64,000 bases of DNA from Fidelibacterota bacterium. GTDB lineage: Bacteria > Fidelibacterota > UBA2242 > JAOZSR01. The notes under the pieces are model-generated. The model did not search any database. It was not told the DNA's origin and was given only the letters and a program-made list of their open reading frames with translations. Positions 9,631-20,266 of this stretch are shown piece by piece. Positions within the stretch are counted from its first letter, which is position 1; each line of letters begins with the position of its first letter. Where the stretch lies: assembly GCA_029939575.1 (NCBI GenBank), contig JAOZSR010000005.1, forward strand, positions 9,997-73,996, given 5' to 3'. The position numbers and the translations under genes were made by a program.

Positions 9631-10971
9631 TTGAGATGGCCTTTGATAAATAAAATAGAAACAGTTTCTTTAAAAACTTTAGGGTGTCGTTTAAATCAAT
9701 CTGAATCTGATTGCATACTTGACTCCTTGATTAAAAATGGATTAACCCACGTATCAGACGATCAAAATCCTGACCTGATAATTATTAACTCCTGTGCTGT
9801 TACCAAACAGGCAGAAGCAAAAACCAGAGGTGCTATAACAGCAGCCAAAAAAAAATCACCCATGGGGAAATTGGTTGTTGTTGGATGCTATCCCCAGGAA
9901 TCAGCAGAAAAAGTGTTGGCTATCCCTGAAGTGGATTTGGTTCTGGGGAATCATGAAAAATATAAGATAATTGATTATCTACCGAGTCTTGAAAAAATTT
10001 CCCATGAAGAAAAAGAACATTGTGTGAGTAATATGCTGGATAGCAATGTTGATAATTATACTTTTCCCATTGCCAATATTTGTTCTGCCGGGTCAACAAC
10101 CAGGGCTTTTATGAAAGTGCAGGATGGATGTGGATATTTTTGTTCTTACTGCATAATTCCCTATTTACGAGGATCGGTTAGAAGTCGAAATATCAGCGAT
10201 TGTATTGATGAAACCAAATTACTTGTTGATAAAGGATACAAAGAGATTGTGCTTTCCGGAATAAATCTTGGAACATATAAGGCTGAAACAGGTGAGAATC
10301 TGGCAGGATTATTAAAAAAAATGTTGGCAGAAACTGATATTAAAAGGATCAGATTAAGTTCAATTGAGCCTAACCTGATTAGTTCAGATCTACTGGAGAT
10401 AATTGCTCATGAAAAACGAATTTGTAGACAATTACATATTCCATTGCAACATGGTTCCGATAGAATTTTAAAACTTATGAATCGTAAATATAAATCTTCT
10501 GATTATAAATCTCTTATAGAGAAAATTAAAAACCAAATCCCAGATATTTGTATAGGGGCTGATGTTATTGTGGGTTTTCCCGGGGAACGGGATGATGATT
10601 TTTTTGAAATGCTAAAAATGTTAGAAGATTTGGCCTTGTCCTATTTGCATGTTTTCCGTTATTCAAAAAGACCCGGAACAAAGGCTAGCCAATTCAAGGA
10701 AAATGTGAAAAATAGTGTAAAAAAAGAACGTTCTAAAATACTACGTGATTTAAGTTTGAAGAAGCAGAAGAAGTTTTTTGATTCATTCGTTAATGAAAAA
10801 CTGGAAGTTTTGTTTGAGAAGAAAGATAAGCATGGATTTTATATTGGACATTCTGATAATTATATTGAAGTGGCGGTAAAAAATAATAAAAACTTGATTA
10901 ATCAAATTATTTACGTTAAAGTTTGTAAAGTTTTGGAGGATAAAGTAGAAGGAGAGTTATTAGTTGAGTAA
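9631..10971 (+). CDS. mtaB: tRNA t6A37 methylthiotransferase
   Basis: TLGCRLNQSES, INSCAVT, QDGCGYFCSYC, LHVFRYSKRPGT; TTG start. Confidence 0.88.
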   Translation: MRWPLINKIETVSLKTLGCRLNQSESDCILDSLIKNGLTHVSDDQNPDLIIINSCAVTKQAEAKTRGAITAAKKKSPMGKLVVVGCYPQESAEKVLAIPEVDLVLGNHEKYKIIDYLPSLEKISHEEKEHCVSNMLDSNVDNYTFPIANICSAGSTTRAFMKVQDGCGYFCSYCIIPYLRGSVRSRNISDCIDETKLLVDKGYKEIVLSGINLGTYKAETGENLAGLLKKMLAETDIKRIRLSSIEPNLISSDLLEIIAHEKRICRQLHIPLQHGSDRILKLMNRKYKSSDYKSLIEKIKNQIPDICIGADVIVGFPGERDDDFFEMLKMLEDLALSYLHVFRYSKRPGTKASQFKENVKNSVKKERSKILRDLSLKKQKKFFDSFVNEKLEVLFEKKDKHGFYIGHSDNYIEVAVKNNKNLINQIIYVKVCKVLEDKVEGELLVE

Positions 10972-11590
10972 AAAGAGGTATTTCGTTGGTATTGCGGGAA
11001 ATATCGGGGTTGGGAAAACCACCATGACAGATATAATCGCTGAGGAATTTGGTTGGAAATCATTTTATGAATCAGTAATAGATAATCCATACCTTGAAAA
11101 TTTTTATGATGATATGAAAAGATGGAGTTTTAATCTTCAGGTTTATTTTTTATCTCATAGGTTTGAAACTCATAAAAATATGACAGAGGGTGATTTTTCT
11201 TCAATCCAGGACAGAACAATATATGAAGATGTGGAAATATTTGCCAGGAATCTTTTTGAGATGGGAAATATGATAGAAAAAGATTGGAATAATTATCGTG
11301 CCCTGTTCAAAAGTATGACCTCTTATCTTAAAGAACCGGATTTAATTATTTATTTACAAGCCAGCGTAGATACTCTTTTGACAAGGATTAAAAAAAGATC
11401 TCGGGGATTTGAAAGAGAAATACCACCGGAGTATATTTATAGTTTGAATATTTTATATGATCGCTGGATAAAAAAAGAGCAGAAACAAAGAAATGTATTA
11501 GTTATAAAAACTGACGATTTTAATGTATTTGAAGATAAGAAAAAACTTACTGAATTATTGGAAAAGGTCAGGGAATATTGTCCTGAGTAA
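10964..11590 (+). CDS. Deoxynucleoside kinase
   Basis: GNIGVGKTT, NPYLENFY, IQDRTIYED, RSRGFE; TTG start. Confidence 0.9.
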   Translation: MSKKRYFVGIAGNIGVGKTTMTDIIAEEFGWKSFYESVIDNPYLENFYDDMKRWSFNLQVYFLSHRFETHKNMTEGDFSSIQDRTIYEDVEIFARNLFEMGNMIEKDWNNYRALFKSMTSYLKEPDLIIYLQASVDTLLTRIKKRSRGFEREIPPEYIYSLNILYDRWIKKEQKQRNVLVIKTDDFNVFEDKKKLTELLEKVREYCPE

Positions 11591-11786
11591 GGTTAATTTT
11601 TTTATTTTATAGATTCATTTTATTATACTAGTGTTGGTTAAAGTTATATAATTTAAAATGTTACGAAATGTTTTGAGTTTGTCTTAATTCTGTTAAAAAT
11701 GTCTTAAAAAATATAAAAATAACTAATTGCTTATACTTATAATATTAGGTAAATTTAGCGGATACTTTATTGATTAGAGGGTCTTC

Positions 11787-12407
11787 GTGAAAAAAATTGC
11801 AGTTTTTGTCTCTGGAAATGGATCAAATTTTAAATGTATTTTAGAGCATATCTCTAAAAGTAAAATAAAAGCAGAAGTGGTTTGTGTTGTTAGTAATCAC
11901 TCAAGACCGGGAGCTTTTTTAATCGCGAAAAAAAGTAACATCCCTACTCATCATGTTAATGTAAGACAATTTAAAAATGGAGATGAGTATACTCAATATC
12001 TGCTTGAATTATTAGAAAAATACAATGTTGATCTTGTCATATTAGCAGGATTTATGAAGTTGATTCCTGCTCCGGTTGTCAGAGCCTTTAAGAATTCCAT
12101 AGTAAACATTCATCCTGCCTTGCTTCCTAATTTTGGAGGTAAAGGTTATTATGGGATGAAAGTTCATGAGGCTGTAATCAAGTCAGGCATCAAAGTTACT
12201 GGTGTAACTGTACATTTTGTTGATGATCGCTATGATACAGGTCCGATTATTATTCAAAAAAAAGTCGAAGTTTTTCCGGAAGATACCGCGGAGGTTCTAG
12301 CGAAACGGGTTTTGAAATTAGAGCATAAAGTATATCCGGAAGTAATAAAAGCAATATGCGAAGATCAAATTGAAGTCAGAGGAAGGAAAGTAGTTTGGCA
12401 CAAATAG
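11787..12407 (+). CDS. purN: Phosphoribosylglycinamide formyltransferase
   Basis: VSGNGSNF, LAGFM, NIHPALLP, GVTVHFV, DTGPII. Confidence 0.95.
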   Translation: MKKIAVFVSGNGSNFKCILEHISKSKIKAEVVCVVSNHSRPGAFLIAKKSNIPTHHVNVRQFKNGDEYTQYLLELLEKYNVDLVILAGFMKLIPAPVVRAFKNSIVNIHPALLPNFGGKGYYGMKVHEAVIKSGIKVTGVTVHFVDDRYDTGPIIIQKKVEVFPEDTAEVLAKRVLKLEHKVYPEVIKAICEDQIEVRGRKVVWHK

Positions 12408-13954
12408 GAAATACTGAAGTTAAGAGAGCGATAATAAGCGTTTTTGATAAACAAGGGATTGTTCCGTTAGCCGAGAAATTATCCAGCCATGGTATTGAAA
12501 TATATTCAACAGGTGGTACTTATAAAAAATTGGAAGAGGCTGGAATAAAGGTTTTGAAAATATCAGAATTGACAAATTTTCCGGAAATTATGAATGGCCG
12601 GGTAAAAACTCTTCATCCAAAAGTTTTTGCGGGATTATTGGCAGATAGTTCAAACCCTGCCCACATGGAAGATCTTAATAATGTAGGTGTTGAGCCTTTT
12701 CAGTTAGTTGTAGTTAATCTTTATCCCTTTTCAGAAACCTATCGATCCGGTGAAAAACAGGAAGACGAAATTATTGAAATGATTGATATTGGTGGTCCAA
12801 GTATGTTACGGGCATCAGCCAAAAATTTTAAAAGTGTAGCAGTATTGTCTGATCCTGACCAATATACAGAGTTTATTGAACGCTTGGAAAATAATAATAT
12901 TGATATTTATTATAAGAAAAAACTTGCAGCTTCAGTATTTTTAAAAACAGCTTTATATGATGCTGAAATTATTGATTTCTTTGGCAAAACATCGGGAGAA
13001 ACATTTCCGGAAATATTGTTCCAGGCTCATAAAAAAAATAGTTCTCTGAGATATGGTGAAAATCCGGATCAGAAAGCGGCAATTTACTCACCAGCTAATC
13101 AGGTAGATTGGCAGGCTTTTGAACAATTACATGGGAAAGAAATTTCCTATAACAACTATATCGATTGTATTGCAGCTTATAAAATTGTGGCGGAAATGAA
13201 AAGTGAGACGCCGGTTTGTGCCAATATAAAACACACAAATCCTTGTGGAGTGGGACTTGGGAATTCCGGAGTAGAGGCTTATAAACGGGCTGTTAAGGCA
13301 GATTCTGTAAGTTATTTTGGTGGAATAGTCTCCACCAATGTAGAAATTGATAGAAAATTTGCATTAGAATTGAAAAAAAGTTTTTTGGAATGCATTATTG
13401 CACCTGCTTATACTGATGAAGCCCTTACTATTTTGACAAAAAAGAAAAACTTGAGATTATTAATTCCAAATGTACAGGGACTTCTTTCTGAAAAATGTAT
13501 CAGAGATTATGGAAAAGGAATTTTATTACAGGAAACACAAGATCCGGAAGATGATGAAAATAGTTGGCAGATTGTTACTGAAAGAAAGCCTGCTGAAAAA
13601 GATTTGGTTGCATTAAAATTGGGTTGGAAAATTGTTAAACAGGTTAAATCAAATGCAATTGTTATTGCTAATGATTCGGGTTCTGTAGGTATCGGAGCTG
13701 GCCAGATGTCACGAGTTGATTCCATGAAAGTCGCTGTCCGCAAATCCAGGGAAGCAGGAATTTCTTTAAAAAATACAATAATTGCATCAGATGCATTTTT
13801 TCCTTTTAGAGATTCGATTGATGTTGCTGCAGAGGCTGGGATAATTGGAGTTATTCAACCTGGTGGCAGTATTCGGGATGAGGAAGTGATTAAAGCGTGT
13901 AATGAAAAAAATATGTATATGATTTTTACAGGGAAAAGAGTTTTTAAACACTAA
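12395..13954 (+). CDS. purH: Bifunctional AICAR transformylase/IMP cyclohydrolase
   Basis: STGGT, GRVKTLHP, IDIGGPSMLRASAKN, LRYGENP, KHTNPCG, GQMSRVD, SDAFFPF. Confidence 0.95.
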   Translation: MAQIGNTEVKRAIISVFDKQGIVPLAEKLSSHGIEIYSTGGTYKKLEEAGIKVLKISELTNFPEIMNGRVKTLHPKVFAGLLADSSNPAHMEDLNNVGVEPFQLVVVNLYPFSETYRSGEKQEDEIIEMIDIGGPSMLRASAKNFKSVAVLSDPDQYTEFIERLENNNIDIYYKKKLAASVFLKTALYDAEIIDFFGKTSGETFPEILFQAHKKNSSLRYGENPDQKAAIYSPANQVDWQAFEQLHGKEISYNNYIDCIAAYKIVAEMKSETPVCANIKHTNPCGVGLGNSGVEAYKRAVKADSVSYFGGIVSTNVEIDRKFALELKKSFLECIIAPAYTDEALTILTKKKNLRLLIPNVQGLLSEKCIRDYGKGILLQETQDPEDDENSWQIVTERKPAEKDLVALKLGWKIVKQVKSNAIVIANDSGSVGIGAGQMSRVDSMKVAVRKSREAGISLKNTIIASDAFFPFRDSIDVAAEAGIIGVIQPGGSIRDEEVIKACNEKNMYMIFTGKRVFKH

Positions 13955-13972
13955 AATAGAATCGGAGAAACG

Positions 13973-14986
13973 ATGGGCTTTAAATTTTTTAATATGTTTA
14001 CAGGTGATATTGCAATTGATCTTGGAACTGCGAATACACTTATATATATGAAGGGAAGGGGAATCTTACTCAACGAACCGTCAATTGTGGCAAAATCCAC
14101 ACATAATGGCGAAGTGGTTGCCGTTGGTGATGAAGCTAAGGAAATGTTAGGTAAAACTCATAGCGAAATTACGACAATTCGTCCATTAAAAGACGGTGTG
14201 ATTGCTGATTTTGATATGTCAGATGCAATGATTCGTGGCTTTATTAGAAAAATTAATATGAGCCGTATCGCTCGCCCGAGGATAGTTGTTTGTATTCCTT
14301 CAGGAATTACTGAAGTGGAAAAAAGAGCAGTAAAAGATTCTGCTGACAGAGCAAATGCCAGAGAAGTATTTTTAGTAGAAGAGCCTGTTGCAGCAGCTAT
14401 TGGTATTGGAATTGATATTTCAAAACCTGTTGGTAATATTATTGTTGATATTGGTGGTGGAACCACGGAGATTGCAGTTATTGCGCTTAATGGGATCGTT
14501 ACAAAACAGGCCATACGTGTTGCCGGTGATGATATGGATGCTGCGATTGTTCAATATTTTAAAAATGAACATAATTTACTGATAGGTGAAAGAACTTCTG
14601 AATGGATCAAGTGTACTGTTGGTTCTGCTATGCCTATTAATGATACAACAGTAGCAGTAAAAGGTAGGAGCCTGGTAGCCGGAATTCCAAAAACTATTGA
14701 AGTATCTTCTGTTGAAATCAGGGAATGTCTTAAAGACACTGTTGACCAAATTGCTCAGGCTATTAAACAAGCATTAGAAATGACACCACCCGAGCTTTCT
14801 TCTGATATTTTGGATCGAGGTATTATTTTAGCTGGTGGAGGTGCTTTGCTAAAAGGATTGGACCAGAGGATTCGTGTTGAAACTGATTTACCTGTAAATG
14901 TAGCCGAAGATCCTTTATTATCAGTAGTAAAGGGTACTGGTGTCATAATCGAAGATATTGAAAAATATAAAGAGGTATTGGTATAA
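13973..14986 (+). CDS. mreB: Rod shape-determining protein MreB
   Basis: IDLGTAN, RPLKDGVIADF, VDIGGGTTE, GGGALL. Confidence 0.97.
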   Translation: MGFKFFNMFTGDIAIDLGTANTLIYMKGRGILLNEPSIVAKSTHNGEVVAVGDEAKEMLGKTHSEITTIRPLKDGVIADFDMSDAMIRGFIRKINMSRIARPRIVVCIPSGITEVEKRAVKDSADRANAREVFLVEEPVAAAIGIGIDISKPVGNIIVDIGGGTTEIAVIALNGIVTKQAIRVAGDDMDAAIVQYFKNEHNLLIGERTSEWIKCTVGSAMPINDTTVAVKGRSLVAGIPKTIEVSSVEIRECLKDTVDQIAQAIKQALEMTPPELSSDILDRGIILAGGGALLKGLDQRIRVETDLPVNVAEDPLLSVVKGTGVIIEDIEKYKEVLV

Positions 14987-14991
14987 GCTAA

Positions 14992-15798
14992 ATGTTGCGG
15001 AAAATATTTAATTTTCTCTTTGATTCTAGTGAATACATATTATTAATAATACTTATAATAGCATCATTTATCATATTAACGACGAATGAGGTTGATCAAA
15101 TTAGATCTCTGCAAGGTGATATAGCAGACATTTTTAGTTTTGTGCATTATCCAAGACAAACTTTGGACAGGTTATCAAATTTGGTCAATGAAAATAAAAG
15201 TTTAAAAGAAAAAAACGTGCAGTTATTTCTTCTAAATTCTGAAATGAAAGAGGCGTACTTAGAGAATATTCGCTTAAGGAATTTGTTAAATTTCCAGGAT
15301 TCTACAAATTTTAAATTAGTTGCTGCTGAAATACTTAATGTTGGGACTACACCAATTTTTAATTCTTTCCTGGTTGATGTTGGAAAAAATAGTGGAGTAA
15401 AACCGGACATGGCTGTCATTACAGGTGAGGGTGTAATAGGAAAAACTGTTGCCGTTGGCGATAACTCAACAATTGTCCAGAATATGAAAGATTCAAATTA
15501 CCGTTTAAGTATTAAATTTCAATCAAGCCGGGTAACGGGAATTTTAAAATGGTATAATGGAGAAGAATTTATTGTAGATGAAATACCCAAGACATCAGTT
15601 GTGTTGCCGGGCGATAAAGTTATTACATCCGGATACAGTGATATATATCCCGGTGGAATAGAGGTTGGGGTTGTGCTAAGAGTAGAAAATTCTGAAAATG
15701 GATTACATCAGAACGCCTATGTAATGCCTAATGTTAATACTAATTCTGTTGAAGAACTTTTTATAATTATTGAATCAAAATGCTACGAAAAACAATAA
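14992..15798 (+). CDS. mreC: Rod shape-determining protein MreC
   Basis: N-terminal TM, coiled coil ENIRLRNLL, GDKVITSG, YPGGIEVG; synteny. Confidence 0.92.
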   Translation: MLRKIFNFLFDSSEYILLIILIIASFIILTTNEVDQIRSLQGDIADIFSFVHYPRQTLDRLSNLVNENKSLKEKNVQLFLLNSEMKEAYLENIRLRNLLNFQDSTNFKLVAAEILNVGTTPIFNSFLVDVGKNSGVKPDMAVITGEGVIGKTVAVGDNSTIVQNMKDSNYRLSIKFQSSRVTGILKWYNGEEFIVDEIPKTSVVLPGDKVITSGYSDIYPGGIEVGVVLRVENSENGLHQNAYVMPNVNTNSVEELFIIIESKCYEKQ

Positions 15799-16259
15799 TA
15801 TTAATTGGAATAAGTCTATTCGTCTTACTTCTCCAGACTATATTTTCTCCCTGGATGATGATAGGAGAGATTCGTCCGGATTTTGTTTTGATCATGGTTC
15901 TGTTTGTAGGCAGAATGAACGGAAGAGTATATGGACAGTTATTTGGATTTTCTTTTGGTCTTATTATAGATTTTATAGGAATTGGTTCATTTGTCGGGCT
16001 TTCAGCTTTAGCAAAAACAATCGCTGGATTTCTTTCGGGATATTTAGTGCGGAAAAAAGGCAGGCTTAGCCTTTTTTCATTTCATTCAATTAACTTTGTA
16101 ATTATGTTCATCCATTTTTCAATAATTTTTTTAGTAAATTTTAAAAATATTGATATTGAACTTCAGTTTATTTTACTACGATATGCTTTGCCATCAACAA
16201 TTTATTCAGGGATTATTTATTTTTTGTTAGATTATATTCTACCTATTGATAATGAATAA
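15780..16259 (+). CDS. mreD: Rod shape-determining protein MreD
   Basis: Hydrophobic, IRPDFVLI, FGLIID; lies between mreC and mrdA. Confidence 0.85.
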   Translation: MLRKTIILIGISLFVLLLQTIFSPWMMIGEIRPDFVLIMVLFVGRMNGRVYGQLFGFSFGLIIDFIGIGSFVGLSALAKTIAGFLSGYLVRKKGRLSLFSFHSINFVIMFIHFSIIFLVNFKNIDIELQFILLRYALPSTIYSGIIYFLLDYILPIDNE

Positions 16260-16261
16260 TA

Positions 16262-18073
16262 ATGTTTAAAAATCCAAATAAAATAAATAGAGCCCGAATA
16301 ACCATAATGATGGTTATGGTTATGATTTTATTTTCCATATTAGTAATAAAATTGTACCATATTCAAATATTACAATATGATAGATTTGCCGGTATTGCTG
16401 ATGCAAATATGATTCGGGTTGTTCCTTTGGAAGCTCCGAGAGGGATAATTTTTGATAGAAACGGGATAATTATTGCGGATAATAAATCTCAATATAATGT
16501 AAATATTATTCCCTTTGCCTTACCCTCGTCAAAAGATACTTATACTCAGCTTGGAAAAATTTTGGATATAAGTCCGGAGAAAATTAAAGAACGGGTTAGG
16601 AAAAATTGGCATGGAAGATTTTCTCCGGCCAGAGTTGCTGAAGATATTGATTTTCAGGTTCTCACCAAAATTGAAGAACATCGGTTAGATTTGCCGGGTG
16701 TAATCTCTTCTATTGAGCCTTTACGCTCTTTTCCATCAAATGCAAATCTATCCCATGTAATCGGGTATCTCAGAGAAGTTAGTGATCGGGATCTGAACAG
16801 ACTCAAACAACATGGATATAAACAAGGTGATTTGATTGGCTGGAAAGGTATCGAACGAGAATATGAAGAAATATTAAAAGGAACCAGAGGGTATGAATAT
16901 CTCCAGGTTGATGCACTTGGCAGAGAGGTTGGTCGACTTGAAAGCCGACAGAATATTGAATCCAAACCGGGAAATGACATTTATCTTTCCATCGATTTAA
17001 GATTGCAGGAATATTCTGAAAAGTTATTAGAAGATAAAAGAGGTGTTGTGCTTGTAATGGATTCCAATAATGGTGAATTGCTAGCTTGTGTTAGCAAACC
17101 CGATTATTCTCCTAATATTTTTTCCGGTATTGTTGAACCTGATGACTGGAATAAATTACGTGATGATCCTGAGCGTCCATTATACAACAGATTCGCAACC
17201 GGACTATATCCACCAGGTTCAACTTATAAAATGATTGCAACAATTACTGCTGTGGAAAAGAATATATTAGATACAAATGCTACTTTTAATTGTTCCGGTG
17301 TTTACAAATTAGGACGTAGACAATTTAAATGTTGGAATCTGGCAGGACATGGAAAAATGGACATGCATTCTGCTATAGTAAATTCGTGTAATGTTTATTT
17401 TTATAATTTAATCAGGCGCGTGGAATTACACGATTGGGTTGAAACAGGCAGAATATTTGGATTTGGGGAAAAAACCGGAATTGACTTGCCAAATGAAAGT
17501 GTTTCTCCTATACCGGACAAGCAATTTCTTGACAATAAATATGGGAAAAGAAAGTGGACCACCGGGAATTTATTGAATATGGTGATAGGGCAGGGTGATG
17601 TGTTAGTTACACCGATACAGGTTGTAAAATATATAGCATGTATAGGAACAAAAGGTAAACTTGTTCAGCCTCATCTTGGTTTGCGATACTTTGATAAAGA
17701 TGAAAATAAATTTATAAAATTTATAGCCCAAACTGACTCTGTGACACAAATTTCAGATAAAACCTGGGCCTTTGTAAACAGAGCATTATATGGTGTTGTA
17801 AATGATGCACATGGAACTGCGAAATCTGCCAAAACCAAAGGTTTGGATGTATTCGGAAAAACCGGAACTGCCCAAAATCCACATGGCGAACCCCATGCCT
17901 GGTTTGCAGGCAATGGCAAAGCGGAAAACCAAATGATTTCAGTCGTTGTTTTGCTTGAAAATACAGGTGGAGGGGGACATTTTGCCGCACCAATTGCAGG
18001 TAAATTATTCCAGTATTACCGGAAGCATATTAATCCGATTAAAAAAAATGAAAGTATAGATGTTAAAGGGTGA
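16262..18073 (+). CDS. mrdA: Penicillin-binding protein 2
   Basis: APRGIIFDRNG, YPPGSTYK (SxxK), SCN (SxN), GKTGTAQ (KTG). Confidence 0.95.
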   Translation: MFKNPNKINRARITIMMVMVMILFSILVIKLYHIQILQYDRFAGIADANMIRVVPLEAPRGIIFDRNGIIIADNKSQYNVNIIPFALPSSKDTYTQLGKILDISPEKIKERVRKNWHGRFSPARVAEDIDFQVLTKIEEHRLDLPGVISSIEPLRSFPSNANLSHVIGYLREVSDRDLNRLKQHGYKQGDLIGWKGIEREYEEILKGTRGYEYLQVDALGREVGRLESRQNIESKPGNDIYLSIDLRLQEYSEKLLEDKRGVVLVMDSNNGELLACVSKPDYSPNIFSGIVEPDDWNKLRDDPERPLYNRFATGLYPPGSTYKMIATITAVEKNILDTNATFNCSGVYKLGRRQFKCWNLAGHGKMDMHSAIVNSCNVYFYNLIRRVELHDWVETGRIFGFGEKTGIDLPNESVSPIPDKQFLDNKYGKRKWTTGNLLNMVIGQGDVLVTPIQVVKYIACIGTKGKLVQPHLGLRYFDKDENKFIKFIAQTDSVTQISDKTWAFVNRALYGVVNDAHGTAKSAKTKGLDVFGKTGTAQNPHGEPHAWFAGNGKAENQMISVVVLLENTGGGGHFAAPIAGKLFQYYRKHINPIKKNESIDVKG

Positions 18074-19301
18074 TTTTACATTTACAAATTTTAAAAGCAA
18101 TTTATATCTATTGCTAATTCCAATTGTAGCAGCTTTATGTTTTATTGGACTAATAGCATTATACAGTTCCTCTCAGCATGTTGAAGGTTCCTTTTTTCAA
18201 AAAGTAATTGGTAAGCAGCTTTTGAGAATGATTCTAGGACTTTTTATAGCTATTGGGGTATTTTTCGTCCAAAAACGTTTAGTTTATGATATGGCTTATT
18301 TTATGTATAGTTTTGGTGTGTTTTTACTCCTGTTACCTTTTATTCTTGGCTTTTCATCAGCAGGAACCAGTCGTTGGTTAATGTTTGGTGGTGCGAATTT
18401 TCAACCCTCTGAGATCATGAAAATATTTGTGGTGATTGTAATTGCAAAATATCTTTCCGCAACCAGAATACCAATTTCTGATTTTAAAATATTTATTATT
18501 CCCTTTTTGTTATTATTATTACCTATGTTAATAGTCTTAAAACAACCTGATTTGGGAACTTCCATGATATTTTTATCAATAATATTCCCAATGTTATTTT
18601 GGGCTGGTGTTAGAATTTTTCATATATTTATTATCATAGCCCCAATAATCAGTATTTTAACAGCGTTTAATTTTTATACATTTTTTATTTGGGTAATTTT
18701 ACTAATAATTGTTTTATATTTAGTTAAACAAAAAAATATAATAATGATAGTTTTAGGAATTTTTAATCTTTCGTTGGGATTTCTTACTCCAATATTATGG
18801 AATGGATTAAAAACATATCAACAAAATCGTATTTTAACTTTATTTAATGTAAATGTGGATCCACAGGGTGCCGGATACCAGGTTATTCAATCTCAAATTG
18901 CGATTGGATCAGGTGGATTGTTTGGGAAAGGATTTGGACATGGAACCCAAACCCAGTTAAAATTTTTACCGGAACAGCATAATGATTTTATTTTTTCGGT
19001 AATAGGTGAAGAATATGGCTTTGCCGGGGTTTTGACTGTACTGGCATTATTTCTCATATTAATTTTTATTTGTATTTATTCTGCAAGCCATTTAAAGGAT
19101 AAGTTCAGTTCTCTGGTGGTGATTGGATTAAGTAGCATTATTTTGTTTCATGTAGTAATAAATGTCGCTATGACTATTGGATTAATGCCTGTTACAGGTT
19201 TGCCTTTACCTTTTATCAGTTACGGAGGTTCATTCATCTTATCCTGTTTTCTGATGATTGGTTTAATTATGAATTTTAGTGTTGATAGACGCAGATCGTA
19301 A
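18060..19301 (+). CDS. rodA: Rod shape-determining protein RodA (SEDS)
   Basis: FQPSEIMK, QPDLGT, AIGSGG, LPEQHNDFIF, GLPLPFISYGGS. Confidence 0.95.
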   Translation: MLKGDFTFTNFKSNLYLLLIPIVAALCFIGLIALYSSSQHVEGSFFQKVIGKQLLRMILGLFIAIGVFFVQKRLVYDMAYFMYSFGVFLLLLPFILGFSSAGTSRWLMFGGANFQPSEIMKIFVVIVIAKYLSATRIPISDFKIFIIPFLLLLLPMLIVLKQPDLGTSMIFLSIIFPMLFWAGVRIFHIFIIIAPIISILTAFNFYTFFIWVILLIIVLYLVKQKNIIMIVLGIFNLSLGFLTPILWNGLKTYQQNRILTLFNVNVDPQGAGYQVIQSQIAIGSGGLFGKGFGHGTQTQLKFLPEQHNDFIFSVIGEEYGFAGVLTVLALFLILIFICIYSASHLKDKFSSLVVIGLSSIILFHVVINVAMTIGLMPVTGLPLPFISYGGSFILSCFLMIGLIMNFSVDRRRS

Positions 19302-19382
19302 AATTGAGTTGGTTTATAGAAGAAATTGTAGTATTTTTAACGATTATATTTTGATTGTTGTTTTGTATAAATTGAGTGTTTT

Positions 19383-20264
19383 ATGAATTTAAAAAATGTT
19401 AAGAAAATAAGAATATCTTTGATAGTTGTTATTGTAGTACTTATGACAACTTCTTTGATCTACGCAGACTCTATTTTTGGGAAATCTGAGGATGCAGAAG
19501 TAAAATTAAAGAAACAGGTTAATGAATTAGAATTAAAAATAAATACCTTGAATAATAAATTTGAGAGGGTATTTGTTAAGCTTGACAAAATTAATACTAG
19601 AATTGATTCTGTCGCTCAAATTAACCGAATCAGCAATATGCAGGGAATTACTGAAAACAGTCTTGGGCAAATAGTTTCTGAATTGGAAAGTATTGTTAAG
19701 GTTTTAAGTTCTGACGTATTGAATTTAAAAAGCCAATTTAAATTGTTTAAAAATCGTGTTGGGTATGCTGATAGTGTAAATTATGAAATCCTTTCCCAGT
19801 TAATGGCGCTTGAAAGTCGAATTCTTTCGTTATCTGATAATTTAAAGGTATATGGTGGTCAATCATTGGAAACCGATCAGATTGAACCAGAAAAAAGTGC
19901 GACATCCTATAAAGAAAAATATTTACAAGGATTATCATATCATCAGAATGGTAAGCACGATGAAGCAATCGAAATATTTAAACAACTATTAGAGCGTGAT
20001 ATCAATAATGAATATTCCGATAACGCACAGTTCTGGATTGGTGAATGTTATTTTTCTTTGAAACTTTATAGTGCGGCGATTGTTGAATTTAAAAAAGTCT
20101 TCAATTTTCCTAATTCAAATAAAGGTGATGATGCACAATATAAATTAGGAGTATGTTATTTTGCATTAGGAGATGAAGGTAAAGCGAGATTAGCTTTTCA
20201 AAAATTAAAAGAGAATTACCCAAGAAGTGAATTTATAGTAAAAATTAATAGATTGTTGAAATAA
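19383..20264 (+). CDS. cpoB: YbgF/CpoB-like coiled-coil plus TPR periplasmic protein
   Basis: Signal peptide, long heptad region, C-terminal TPRs (NAQFWIGECY, DAQYKLG, YPRS). Confidence 0.7.
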   Translation: MNLKNVKKIRISLIVVIVVLMTTSLIYADSIFGKSEDAEVKLKKQVNELELKINTLNNKFERVFVKLDKINTRIDSVAQINRISNMQGITENSLGQIVSELESIVKVLSSDVLNLKSQFKLFKNRVGYADSVNYEILSQLMALESRILSLSDNLKVYGGQSLETDQIEPEKSATSYKEKYLQGLSYHQNGKHDEAIEIFKQLLERDINNEYSDNAQFWIGECYFSLKLYSAAIVEFKKVFNFPNSNKGDDAQYKLGVCYFALGDEGKARLAFQKLKENYPRSEFIVKINRLLK

Positions 20265-20266
20265 TT

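Noticed and set aside
11600-11786. Possible NrdR box or purine riboswitch upstream of purN
   Set aside because: No convincing match to the NrdR palindrome and no riboswitch core
15770-16069. 99-aa + strand ORF overlapping mreC/mreD
   Set aside because: Alternate frame of mreD; no motif support
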